Notes: generated from the sequence alone by a model not told the origin. Numbered from the stretch's first letter, positions 40,251-53,305 are shown. The stretch is DNA of 64,000 bases from Camelus dromedarius (GCF_036321535.1 NC_087437.1:72480001-72544000); one strand, 5' to 3'. Made by a program: numbers and translations.

Positions 40251-40696
40251 CTGAAAAACACAAATCAGAAACACATTCTTTGGGACCATACCTCTTTTTA
40301 TACACTGTACTGTCATTTTGGTACCTTTGAACTGCAATGCCCTTGATTTACCATTGCCTTGTTGACATTCAAATCGATACTATTAGATTACTTGCCATAC
40401 TGAATTTTATAAAAGAATATACTAATCTGCATTCAAATCAAAGACAGATAACATTTATTATCATCCTACCATTCTCAAGAATTAACAAATGGTATAGCCA
40501 TTTAAATATTCACTTAGATATAATCACATAAACATGATTAAGCAAAATGTAATACATTCACTTGATGAAATATTATTCAATTACTAAAATGAAATTTCCA
40601 AAGATTCCGTAATACCCTCAGAAAATAAATTTATAATAATAATTAGTATTTAAGATTAATAGTCTAAGCAATGTGATAAGCATTTTATAAAGATTA

Positions 40697-41788
40697 TGTA
40701 GGGGAGCAATATTTGCCACCCCAATATATGTCTCTTTGACATAAAGATTATTTTAGACTGATTGTAAGAAGCTGCAAACACAGGACAAACACTGAAAATC
40801 AAGTAGAACTTACCCTTTTTGTAACAGACATGTTCATGTATATAAGAGAAATCTCCATTTGTTCCAGGAGGAGGTGGATGACCCTAAATCTCTAGAAACT
40901 TGTCAATTGAGGAGGCAAAATTTAAATCTACATAATAAACTTACCCTTGTTTATAGTGCTTTTCCTGGTAACCTCCCATAACTAACTCCCCACCCCACCA
41001 TCTTCTTTTGTCTTTAGCTGAAGATGGTACTTTACATGATGTCTTCAGTCCTTTCAAAGACCTGCTCAGTTTTCTTGGGTATCTCCCATGTATACATGTT
41101 ACTAAACTTTTGTTTGTTTTTGTCCTGTTAATCTGTCATACAATTTTAATTATTAGACTCACCAAAGAACCTAAAAGGGAAGAAAGGAATACTTTTTCAA
41201 CCTCTTCATTTTTTTATTAAAGTATATTCAGTTTACAATGTTGTGTCAGTTTCTGGTGTACAGCATAATGTTTCAGTCATACATATATATGTATATATAC
41301 TCCTTTTCATATTCTTTTTCGTTATAGGTTACTACAAGATATTGAACATAGTTCCCTGTGCTATACAGAAGAAACTCGTTGTTTATCTATTTTATATATA
41401 GTAATTAGTGTCTGCAAACCTCAAACTCCCAATTTATCCCTTCCCACTCCCTTTCCCCCTGGTAACTATAAGTTTGTTTTCTATGTGAGTCTGTTTCTGG
41501 CTTGTAAATAAGTTTATTTATGTCCTTTTTTCAGGTTCCACATGAGTGATATTACAGCATTTTTCTTTCTCTTTCTGGCTTACTTCACTGAGAATGAAGA
41601 TGATCTCCAGGTTGATCCATGTTGCTGCAAATGGCATTATTTCATTCTTTTTTATAGCTGGGTAGTACTCCATTGTATATATATACCACAACTTCTCTAT
41701 CCCATCACCTTTTGATGGACATTTAGGTTGCTTCCATGTCTTGTCTATCGTAAATAGTGCTGCTATGAACATTGGGGACACCCCTCCA
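40697..41788 (+). mobile_element. ERV-type solo LTR interrupted near its 3' end by an L1 fragment; the LTR itself lies within a MIR
   Basis: Starts tgtagggg and appears to end cccctcca. MIR-like sequence on both sides. Subfamily not determined. Confidence 0.65.
41205..41780 (-). mobile_element. LINE-1 3' end fragment
   Basis: ORF2 C-terminal peptide [20 protein letters not shown], then 3'UTR and T-rich tail. Confidence 0.9.
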
Positions 41789-42849
41789 ATTGTTTACATC
41801 AACTAGGTGAGCACAGTTATTTGGTACAAATGGCAAAATGGAGGCATTGAAATGTAAGAAAATTGCCCAAAACTACAGTGATTAGGTGACAAAACTGGGG
41901 AGCAAGTGCTGTTCTGTCTGATTCTAGGGTCTGTACTCTTAAGTAAAACACAAATTGTAAAATTTTGAGTATCAACACTTTTACAGTAGCTATTTTGACC
42001 ACAATGTTTTTAAATTGCATTATAAACTTCACTTCTTTCTATGTAGACTTCTGAACATAATGTTATCTTTTGTTGCAATTTAAACTTAACAAAGGCCATT
42101 TTTTATGATTATCAATGGTATTTCTTAAATGTAATATAAAAATGAACCTAAACTTTGTGGATAGACTTTTAGGAAATTTGCACTTATATTAAATTGCATG
42201 AACTACTGTGCATTTTACATTCTTAGGTCTTCTCGTGATTGGCTGTTTTTGTCCTCTTTCTGATTGTCAGATTGATGTCATTTTTCTGCTCATTGTAAAC
42301 TCTCATTCCTTTTTAATTTGCTGCTTTAATTTTCCAGTACCATTGAAGGAAAAGAGAAATCCTTGTTAGCAATTACTTCTTCCCTGAAATACTACTAGAA
42401 AGTCTATGTGTTTTAGTTGAGGAACGTTGTGCCATTTATTTTTGACTGTTCAGCTATCACTTTGTCTCAGTTTCTAGTTTTAACTATGTTCTTTTTTCAA
42501 TGAGATGCTACATAGCTCATTCAAAGTTGGTGGAGGAAGCTAAATGGGAAGAATTTGGCATGAAAATATGAACACAGCTCTGAAGTCAATGGCAACAGAA
42601 CACAGAGGAAAAAACTCTATACAAGGTTTCAGCAGAATCACTGATTTATACCACAAATACTTGTTACAAAACTAAGCAAGGAGAAGTCCTCTTCTGAACT
42701 GATGTTACTTTTTACAGACATTTATATCTCAGTGAGAAGTGAAATTAACCAGAATAATCTACCCAATAGTTTGATGGGTGATACATGTGCTATTCAATTG
42801 GCATAATTCATTCTCATAATTTGGGGAAATTTACTAGGAAACAAAAAAA

Positions 42850-44192
42850 TGCTGATTAACTCCAGTTTCAAGAGATACATGTAACAAAAATAGTTATTTC
42901 TACTCTTTCCTGAGGCTCCATGAAAATAATAGTAACAAAAATAAAATGATTAAACGAAAAATAACAAACAGAAGAGAGATCTTCATTAGCAAAAGGTTTA
43001 AACAAACTTATGAAAGATGTAAAAAGCATAGAGGAATGGCCTATAAAGGTGCAGGATGAAAGTCACTGCAGGCTCGGCTACGTACAAAGGAGACTATATG
43101 AGCAGAGAGAGCCTGGAGAGCCTGGAAAGGCTCAGGATTCAGAAGATAAAGAGAGGAAGAGTGAATCACAGAATAAAAGTTGCAGTCAAAAGCATCCACT
43201 TCCATATCCCAAAGCACAACTTTGGACAGACAAATGTTTACCCCTCAGGCAAAAAACATGGAGGGAAAGTAATTTACTTAACATATGGGAATAACTAGGC
43301 ACCAGAGTAAAAGGCCTCCACATTCTGGCTTTTAGAGTCTCCTGGCTAATTGCTGCCTGTTCTCTTCAGCAGCCAACTACAGGATTGTTGGATCTTTTTC
43401 TTTAAGGAAAATTAATCTCTTCACAAGACACAATAAACCAAATAAAGAGTCTGTAAACTTTCAGTCAAGGCTCAGAGGACTTTGAAGGTAGACTGTAATC
43501 AAAGTGAGAAATACTGAGTAAAAGAAACATAAAATTAAAATGATGGTAGTGGAGGTGAGGAGGGGATTGGTGGAGATAACAAACGGGATGATTTAAAATA
43601 ACTTTAATTTGTGACATTAATTTTAAATTGTAAAGGCAGTTCAGAATTATAAACCTGATTGTCAAAAGAAGGAAAACTGAATGAAAGAGTTTGAAGACAA
43701 ATTTTAGAAAATCTCCCAGATAGCTTAAAGAAAAGAAAAAGAGATATAAATATTAAATAATAAAATAATATAAAATCCAATCTACATGTTTTATTGCCCA
43801 CTTAATCGAGGTTTATCAAAAGAGAATGTTAAATGAACAGGGGGAAATTCTCAAGGAAATGAGGAAATATTCAGAGTTGAAGGATTGGAGTCTCCAGATT
43901 GAATGAACTCACCAAATACCCATCACATCAAAGATTAAAAAAAAAGACAACTAAAAATAGCACTAGGAAGTTTCAAAACTCGAACAATAAAGAGAAGATA
44001 CTATGTTACCAAAGAGAAGATACAATAATATTTACTATTGCAATTTTCAGATTGACATTTGACTTCTCATCAATAACAATGGATGGTCAAGGCAGTGGAA
44101 AAATACTCTAGAAGTTATGAGGAAAGAAGGATGATTAAACTAAAGTCGTATAAAGAGCAAGCTGTCAATCACATGTAAAAGCATTATAAGAC
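42850..44192 (+). mobile_element. Old LINE-1 5'/ORF1 remnant
   Basis: Degenerate ORF1-like text such as gtctccagattgaa and gacttctcatcaataacaatgga. Confidence 0.55.
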
Positions 44193-45259
44193 TGTAGGAT
44201 ATATCCTGTGGCCTGTTAGCATGACCACCAGACTCACTAAGAAAATCACTGGTTGTTCTAATTCTAAGCATTGAGTTGAACCAGGTTGCATAGCCTGGAG
44301 AGGCTGAAAATAATGAAAGAGAGTGGTTTGTGTTGACCTGAGTGTATTATGCTTTACAATAGTCTCATTTTGTGTTAGTCATCATTTTGTGCTTTACTTA
44401 GATTAATCCAGAGATTGCTTAATTCAGAGATTGATGAGATGTCCTAGGCCTAAATAAGGTTATGTTTAGCCCATCTGGACTGCTTACTAAAGTGCTCATT
44501 CCAACCATCTTGTAGTTGGCTATTTGCAAACTGTTAGATTTCCAAAAACTGTGATGTCTCCTTCACTCATTTAAACTTTATGATTCAACATCATGGAAGG
44601 CTAGTGATGCTTTTTGGGTCTTGGTGAATGTGACAGATTATGGAGATATTTTAACCTTTTCATCATTATAAAAAACAAAAATATGAATTATGTAAAGTTA
44701 TCTTAATAAAACAGGATATCTTCTTACAAAACTGACATTTAATATTGTCACCCACCCATAGCAATTTTATGAAAGCTATCAAGATATAAAACTGAAAATT
44801 AAACACCTTAAGTTCAATTGCAGGCTGTCCTATCAAATCAGATTCTGAAAAAGTCATTAGCTTGTGCTTTCTGCAGAAGATACGCTGAAGTACTATAGTC
44901 TAGTTTCTAAAATGATCTGTAATAAAGTAGTTGCCTTCTCAATGAGTATTCTGGAAAAAGAAAATATTTCACTCTCATTTTAACGTCTAGAAATTGAAGT
45001 GTTATTATCTGAATACTAAACACTTACAGTGTGATTAGTATTAGCTAGCTGGTCTACTCCGATATTATTAAGCTGATTTGCAGAAGTTGATATCTCCCTT
45101 GAAGAATGTTGCTAATCCCTTTGCTGTATATTTTGATGTTCTTTAGATAAATAAATTTTGTTTGATTTGCCCAAGTGATGTCTGTCAATCCTTCAGTTCA
45201 TATTTAATATTGAAATTTGTTGCAACTCTGTTCATGCATATTGGAGTCTGAAGTGGGAG
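44193..45259 (+). mobile_element. Ancient LTR (about 1.05 kb) followed by a tRNA-Leu-type primer-binding site; ERVL- or Gypsy-like
   Basis: TGTA...TGCA ends, AATAAA near 45150, then TGGAGTCTGAAGTGGGAG (45242-45259), a 15/18 match to TGGTGTCAGAAGTGGGAT. Confidence 0.55.
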
Positions 45260-45569
45260 AGACACAAAAACCCTAGACTCATTATACCTAAATCCTTCAG
45301 GGAAATCATTAAGGTAATTTGAAAAAGAGAGAGAGGAAATATATTGTTTAAGCCATTACATCTTCTGATAATATGTGATTTGAAAAAGCTAAGGCTTTAA
45401 CAGAAGAGGGTATGTTTCAGCAAAATATGTACATGTGTTTGTTAACTTCCAGAAATCTGAGATGTAGCCCACTAGTTTGAAAAACCATCCAGAAATAAAG
45501 GTCAAGGGATGAGACTTAAAATGCCTTAGGCTATGATTTAAGACTTAAGTTAAAATATATGGAATGTTA

Positions 45570-46505
45570 TGAAAAGATGCTCAATATAGTTAATTATCAG
45601 AGAAATGCAAATCAAAACTGCTATGAGGTATCACTTCACACTGGTCGGAGTAGCCATTGTTAAAAAGTCCACAAACAATAAATGCTGGAGAGGGTGTGGG
45701 GAAAAGGGAACCCTCCTACACTGTTGGTGAAAATATTATTTGGTGCAGCCACCATGGACAAAAGTATGGAGATTTCTTAAAAAACTGAAAATAGAGTTAC
45801 CATATGATCCAGCAATCCCATTCCTGGGCATATATCCTGAGAAAACGGCAATTGGAAAAGATACATGCACCCCAATTTTCATAGCAGCACTGTTTACAAT
45901 AGCCAAGACATAGAAGCAATCTAAATGTCCATAGATAGATGAATGGATAAAGAAGTTGTGGTGTATATATATATATATATAGTGCTATAATATATCACAT
46001 ACATATACACAATGAAATACTACTCAGCCATTAAAAAGAATATATACACAATAATATATACAATGAAATACTACTTAACCATAAAAAAGAATGAAATAAT
46101 GCCATTTGCAGCAACATGGATGGACTAGAGATTGTCATACTAAGTGAAGTAAGTCAGACAGTGAAAAACAAATAATCACATGATATCACTTATATGTGGA
46201 ATCTAAAAAAATGAGACAAATGAATTTATTTACAAAACAGAAACACATTCAAAGGTAGAAAACAAACTTATGGTTACCAAAAGGGAAAGGAGGGAAGGGA
46301 TAAATTAGGAGTTTAGGGTTAGCAAATACAAACTACTATACATAATATAAATAAATAACAAAGTCTTAAAGTATAGCACAGGGAACTATATTCAATATGA
46401 TGTAATAACCTATAATAAAAAAGAATATGTATATATATGTACGACTGTATGCTGTATGCCAGAAACTAACACAAAGCTGTAAATCAACTTAACTTCATTT
46501 AAAAA
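45570..46505 (+). mobile_element. LINE-1 3' fragment
   Basis: ORF2 end (atgcaaatcaaaac; catatgatccagcaatcccattcctggg), 3'UTR and A-rich tail. Confidence 0.9.
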
Positions 46506-48477
46506 GTATATAGTATTTTGAAGGTAAGGATGACACAACTATAGGCTTAACTGTCTGAAGCTCTGTGACAACCCAGAGAAATGTTATTTCTTTATCAGAT
46601 GCATGGAATCATTTCTTTGCATCTCCTAGTAACTCATTAGGATATTTAAGTGGGATACTTCATGGCAAGATAGTCACCAAAACTCTAGGCTTCTATAAAG
46701 GAATGAGAGCACTTGCTCTAAAATGTAGAGAAGGCATGACTGCCTTGGGTCCCTTGTTTAAACAGAAAGGAGAGAGTACATTATTCTTTGACACTAGAAA
46801 ATGGTAAAGATTGTTTGGTTTGTCATTGGACCTTCAGCCACAAGATCCAATGTATTCTTGTCCTAACTCAAAAGGAAAAGTTGGAAGGGAGGTGAAAAGA
46901 GAAAATCCAGCTCTTTGCAATTTGGAATAAAGTTGAGAATTTGGCATGTTTGCTCTGAAAGGAGGAACTGATCAAATTCCCAGGTATTAAAAAGTGGGAA
47001 AAGCCCTCAAAGTTAGTGGAAGTTTCATAATAGGAAGCTTTGTTAGCCTTGTCTTAATAATGGTCAAATGATATTCCCTAATTATATTAGATTTAACCTT
47101 ATAAAATAACTAATTTTATAGATAAAAAGATTGAAATATTATCAATATCACATGGTTCAACCTAATATTATTACAGACACAGCTATTAAAAGAACTCCTT
47201 ATGAGTGACTTCAATGGTTATCCACTGAATTAAACAAATGATGACAGTCACATACAGTGACTGGTATGGTTAGTTGGCCCTCCAAAGAACAAAATTTGTG
47301 AGCCTTGAAACTAACAAAAATTGGATAAAAAGAACTGATAAACTTAAGAGAAAAATTATTATTTTATTGCCTATGGAAAACATAATATAAAAATAGACTA
47401 ATTTATAGTTAATACCATAGAACAATGACTATCATTATCTGTGATATAGTGATGTGATATTATCATAGATTAAGAGGTAAGCAGGATTCACCCACCATAA
47501 CTGACATCTAAACTTATTCTGTAGTATTTACTCAAACATAAAGGTATCCAGAAAGTGTGGGGAAATGCTAGAATGTGAGTAGAATGTCTACTTTTCTTCA
47601 GGAGGCGGATATCTTCTGGAGGAAGAGATGGAAACTCTAGCTGGCAGATAAGCCAGGAGCTCTTCTCTATTTCTATACAATATATTTAAGACTATGTAAT
47701 GAGGGCAGGAAACTGGGCTTTCTCACATCTAGAAACTGGGGTCAAAGCACATTAATTTCTGAACATGATGACAAGAGCTCTGTTGACAATGAAGCTATGG
47801 AAATGCAGTTGTAAAAGATGAAAAGGTAATAGCTCGTATAAAATTAGATAATAAGATAGGATTTTAAGGATGCGTAATTTCCAAGTCAACCACTTAAAGA
47901 TGGATATAGAAATGTATAGTTAACCAACTATCAGAGGAGGGGAAATGAAATAAAAATAAATAATTAATCCACAGGAATTCAAGAAGAGAAAAAAAAAAAA
48001 GACATAAAACTGGTCAGATAATAAATAGTAAGGTGGCGAATTAAAACCCAAATACATCAGTATTTGTACTGAATATATAGAGATTAAAGGTTCTCATTTT
48101 AAAAGATTATTAGGTGGAATATTTAATTATTTAAATTCTACAGAAATGTATATATTTGAATTATTATTTAAATTCTTTAGGGAAGTTATCTGTTTTGAAT
48201 TATGGCTTTGAAACAGAAGATACCATTGACAAAGCTTGAAAGGAAGATGGGCAAGCAGAAGTGGTAGCTAACAAAGGCTTTCTATGGTGAATGAAAAAGA
48301 AAAAAGGTTTAACCATACTGTTGAAAGTTGCAGAGTTTAAGCAGCAAAAGAACTATATTGAGAAGGAAAGGGACTTTATGAAAGGAACAAAAGTTGAAGG
48401 AGCCTAATCTTCATTGACTGTAGCAGAAATTTAGGGAAAAATATGTAATGGAGATCAATTAAAAATTTACCATGTAA

Positions 48478-48602
48478 GTGGGGTATAGCTCAGTAGTAGA
48501 GTGTGTGCTTAGCATGCACAAGGTCTTGGGTTCAATCCCTAGTACCTCCATTAAAAAAAATAAAACTAATTACCTCCCCAACAAAAAGAGAAAAAATAAA
48601 TA
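48478..48602 (+). mobile_element. tRNA-derived SINE (Vic-1-like)
   Basis: gggtatagctcagtagtagag...gggttcaatccctagtacctcc...ctaattacctcccc with an A-rich tail. Same family as the copy at 2497. Confidence 0.88.
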
Positions 48603-48801
48603 ATTTTTTTTTAAATTTTGCAGTATAAGAACAGATACCCCTGAAGCAGGGCTGGGGTAGATCCTATCTTCATTATTTGATTCTCTTAACCATGTGGGTG
48701 TATTATCCTGATTTATAGTTTTACAAATAGATGGCCACACAAATACTTGTGTGAATTTTAAAGGTGAATATTCCCCACTGTTGGTTATTACTTCTACTTA
48801 C

Positions 48802-49101
48802 ATTCTTGTTTGACTGTCAGAGGAATGATCTTCTTTTCATTCTTCAGAGGATGATCCATGTGCACAGTCAGGTGTTGGAGTCTGAGGGACCTCACAGTCT
48901 CTAAGGAGACGTTATACACTTTAGTGACAGTGACTGTGCCATTGGGGTTCAGAGCAAGGGATTCCTCTGGTGGATTAATCAAGACTTGTAATGGGAAAAG
49001 AGATATTTGAGGAGCAGGTTTTCCCACAGCTGAGTAAGTAAATCTAAGAAAATCTTCACAGTCAAGATTGGACTGGAGTTCAGTTCTTAATTCAGATAGA
49101 G
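48802..49101 (-). CDS. CD200-like gene, second Ig-like domain exon (TLSELRTELQ...FTYSAVGKPAP...PNGTVTVT...VKQE)
   Basis: Long pyrimidine tract with ctcag| acceptor and donor T|gtaagt. 300 nt, phase 1 to phase 1, open. SAxxxPAP and PNGT motifs are shared with CD200 domain 2. Confidence 0.88.
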
Positions 49102-49822
49102 CTGAGGCAAAAAAGAAAGAGAGAGAGAAACAAAATTAATATAAAAATACGTCATCCTAGATTTCTATGGTGTTAGAGGTGGACTCGCCAATAAATTTTT
49201 CTATGAAAATAAAATGTTGAAAACATGTCCATCTCAAATACCTCTCCCCACATTTTTACAAAAGCTCCCAATTCTACCTCCTACACCCACTATCCTCCAG
49301 TTTGAGAGGGACAATTGGTATCTCTACTTCCATTCAGCCTTAAACTTAAATTATATAAACCCTTAATACTTTAAATTTATAGAAACATAATGAGGGAACA
49401 GTATGACACTATCACTATCCCTTCAATGGTCTGTTAATTTGAAGATTGGGAAATTCTTATTCTCTTAGCATCTTTTTTCCTCTTTCTCCTCTACTGTCTC
49501 TTTTTCTTCTCCTCTATTTTCCCAGTGAAAATCCTAATGCCATTCATGAGATTCATCCAGTGGACTAAAGGCAGTGCAGTGTAGTACCAAAAAGTCTGAT
49601 AAGAAGTCTGAAAACCTAAAAGCTGTGTTAGGTCTTGCATTGTGTGGAAATAGGCAAAGCATGTGACCATCATTGGTTCCTGTTCTGTTCTTCTGTAAAA
49701 TAAAGGACTTTGCCTGAATGAACTCTATTATTGTTGTTCCTTTTCTAAAATTCTTTCTCTGGATCTTAAACTTCAAAGACCACATCCCCATGATTTTGAC
49801 TCCACATAAAAAGTTTATATAC

Positions 49823-50161
49823 TTATAATGTTAAGGCAGATTTGTCCTCCATAGCGTCCATGTGGGAAAATATTAAATAAGCATTTGTAGCAGGCTTCAT
49901 CTTCAAATGTCACTTCACGGATAGTTATGAATGAACAATTCAATTCAATGGCCTCACAGTGCAGCCGATCTATATATGGTGGAAGAATATTTTCTCCATA
50001 TTTACTGCTATATGTGCCAATATTTTGTGGCAAAGAATCTTGAATCTTCTGCCAGGTAATTTGAACAACATCTGCTGGAGTTGTTAAATTGCAGAAAATT
50101 GTCACATTTTCTCCCAATACAGCTGTCTCATTATTTTTGTGCTTTATCCTCTGTGGATAAT
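49823..50161 (-). CDS. CD200-like gene, IgV exon (DYPQRIKH...IFCNLT...ITWQK...EDEACYKCLFNIFPHGRYGGQICLNII)
   Basis: Acceptor ttttcag| and donor A|gtatat. 339 nt, open. CD200-family motifs TWQK, EDExCYxCLFN and the G-strand Cys align with the CD200 V exon in this window. Confidence 0.92.
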
Positions 50162-52195
50162 CTGAAAATAAAATCCAGTACAAATTAAGAGAAATGTATT
50201 TTCATACTACCCTAGACTTACCACATGATAGCACTTATCTCTCTGTTTCATAGTTATCTTTTTATTTGCCTCTCTTCCTCCATTAGAAAATAAATTCTTC
50301 TATCTTCTTCACCACTGATATGTAGTCTTTGAAAATGTTTCTGGTATATACTATCTAATCAATAAATATTTATTAAATACAAAAGTTGAAACATAAATTA
50401 AACAACATAAGACGAATAATGATAATTTTGATGAATTTCTGAAGGCTAACTGCGACCTAGCTAGAGGGTGATGAACTCCTCAGGGACCTAGTCTTAGGGA
50501 GAACCCCAGGTTTTATAGGTTTCACCAGCTGGAACTCCACCAGTTCTCATGATACAATGCCAAAAAAATCACCTCATAACTTTAGCAAGAGGAAGGGAAT
50601 GTCACCATTTTAAAATAAGCCCAGCGCATGTTCCATAAAAAGACTTACTACCCAGGAAATAAGACTTTACCAGAGCCTTATCTCATGTGGATGGAAGGAC
50701 AATGACCCCGCTCCAGTTTTCTTTAGCTTCCCTGTCTCATTTAAGTTGGGGAAGGAGGAAAAAAATAGGTAAAAAATTTTGAAGGTCATAGCCGAAGGAC
50801 ACAGGCCTACTAAAAGAGTGAGGTTTAACCGTAAGATTTTTCTTTATTGCACAGATTTTATTTTGAAAACAACCCAGAGCTTATTTCCAAAGTGATGTAC
50901 TTTATAGTCTTTGTTTTACGATTTTTTTAAACTTTTAAATTAAATTAAATTAATTTTTTAACACCTTTATTATGATATGGCTCCTGTACAATAGCCTACA
51001 TGTATTTCAGATGTACGTTTTGATGAATTTTGATGGTCTCTCTAACTGTAAGATTTTTAAAAACTTCTCCTCCTTCACTCTTTACCACCACATCAACAGG
51101 GCTCCAATATGATAGTGGATTACAGCTGAAATGGTTGCAAGTCTCAGGCTTTAATAAATAAGGAGTTCTTAGGGAAGTTCAAATCAACAGGGGAAGCAAA
51201 AACAAGGAACTACAAGAATTTGAAGCCTTTGACACCTAGACCTACAGAAGAGTCAACACAACCCAACTCCTAGCCAGATTAACATAAAACCCATGCTAAA
51301 GCTCTATTTACCTTAGTTCCTATTACCTGAGGTATCACATCTGGATATTAACAAAAAATTATAAGGCATGCTATGAGCCAAGAATAAAAATAGTCTGAAG
51401 AGACAAAGCAAGAATCCAAACCAGACTCAAACACAGTATTGTAAAGAAAAAAAGTTGCCTGACATTCCAGTTCTTTAAGGATCAAGCCATTAACCACTGC
51501 AGTCACCCACCAACAGTGCATCTGAGGGGAATTCAAGATGGAGAAAACAGGAAGCACTCTGTGCTCTGGATATATCAGCCCTGGATAGTTAAGACACATA
51601 TCTAAAGAAAAATTTCAGTGACCCCAGGTTCTTGCATCTTCCTATATACAGAAAAGCACTAAAATCATTAACTTGAGAATGAAATACTTAGACATAAATC
51701 TAACAAAATACATACATGATCTGTATGAGGAAAACAACAAAACTTTGATGAATGAAGTCAAAGAAGAACTAAATTAATGAGAGATATTCCATATTCACAG
51801 ATAGGACAACTCAATATTATCAGTTCTTCCCAAGTTGATCTGTCAATTAAATGCAACCCTAATCAAAATTCCAGCAAGTTATTTTATGGATATTGATAAA
51901 CTGATTCTAAAGTTTATGTGAAGAAGCAAAAGACCCAGAATAACACAATACTGAAGGAGAAAAACAAAGTCAGGGGATTGGTGCTACCCAACTTCAAGAG
52001 TTAGTATAAAGCTGCAGTAATCAATACAGTGTGGTATTGTCCAAAGAACAGACAAATAGATCAATGGAACAGAAGCGAAAGTCCAGATATGGACCCACAC
52101 AAACACAGTCAGCTGTTTTTTTGGCAAAGATGCAAAAGCAATTCAATGGAGGAAAAATCATCTTTTGAACAAATGATGCTGCTGGGGGAGCTGGA

Positions 52196-52634
52196 TGTCT
52201 GATTACCTTCCTAGGGATGCCATGACAAACTACTACACACTTGGTAGCTTAAAACAATAGAAATGTATTTTTTTCACAGATCTAGAGGTCAGAAGCCCTA
52301 GATCAAGTTGTTAGTAGTGTTGATTCCTTCTCTCCAAGTTTCTTGTGGTTGCCAATAATCCTTGGAATTCCTTGATTTGTAGGTGCATCACTATAATACC
52401 TGCCTCCATCTTCACATGGTGTTCTATGCTGTGGCTCTATGTCCTTCCCTCTTTTTATAAGGATGCCATCATTGGATTCAGAGCCCACCCTAACGCAGGA
52501 TGATTTCATTCTTAGATCCTTACCTTACTTTCATCTGCAACGACCTTATTTCTAAATTAGATCACATTCTGAAGTTCCAGATAGATACGAATTGGGAACA
52601 GGGTGTAGTGGACACTATTCAACCCCTGATAACA
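52196..52634. mobile_element. MaLR solo LTR (MLT1-type)
   Basis: Same hallmark motifs as the LTR at 1515-1931. Confidence 0.8.
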
Positions 52635-52955
52635 TTCATATGCTAAAAACTTAATATAGACATCTAACTGAGTTTCACAAAAATTAACTCACAATGGATT
52701 TATAGACCAATAAAAATGCAAAACTATAAAACTTCTAGAAGAAAACATAGGAGGAAATCCAGCTAACCTTGGGTTTGATGATGAGTTATTAGATACATTA
52801 CTAAAAGTATGACCCATGAAGGGAAAAAAATTCATGAGTTGGACTTCATTAAAGTTAAAATTTTTTGTCCTGTGAAAAACAATGTAAAGGGAATATAAAG
52901 ATAAGCCATAGATTAGAAGAAAGTACTTGTAGAATACATATGTGACATAGGACTT

Positions 52956-53305
52956 TGTCTTAGTCCTTTCAGGCTGCTGTAACAAAATACCACAGACTGA
53001 GTGGCTAATGAACAACAGAGATGTACTTCTCACAGTTCTGGAGGCTGGAAGTCCAAGGTTAGGATGCCAGCATGACTGGGTGAGGGCTCTCTTACAGTCT
53101 GTACATTTCTCATTGTATCCTCACATGGACAGGCACTAAAAAGCTCTGTGGATCTGTTACAAGAGCAGTAATCCCATGTATCAGGGCTGTACCCTCATGC
53201 CCTAATCACCACCCAAAAGCCCCACCTACTAATACCATAACCTTTATGGGTTAGGATTTCAATATATGAATTGAGGGAGGAAGTGTAAACATTTAGACTA
53301 TAGCA
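52956..53305. mobile_element. MaLR solo LTR (MLT1A-like) with a 5-bp target-site duplication
   Basis: tgtcttagtc...ctatagca flanked by gactt on both sides. Confidence 0.88.
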
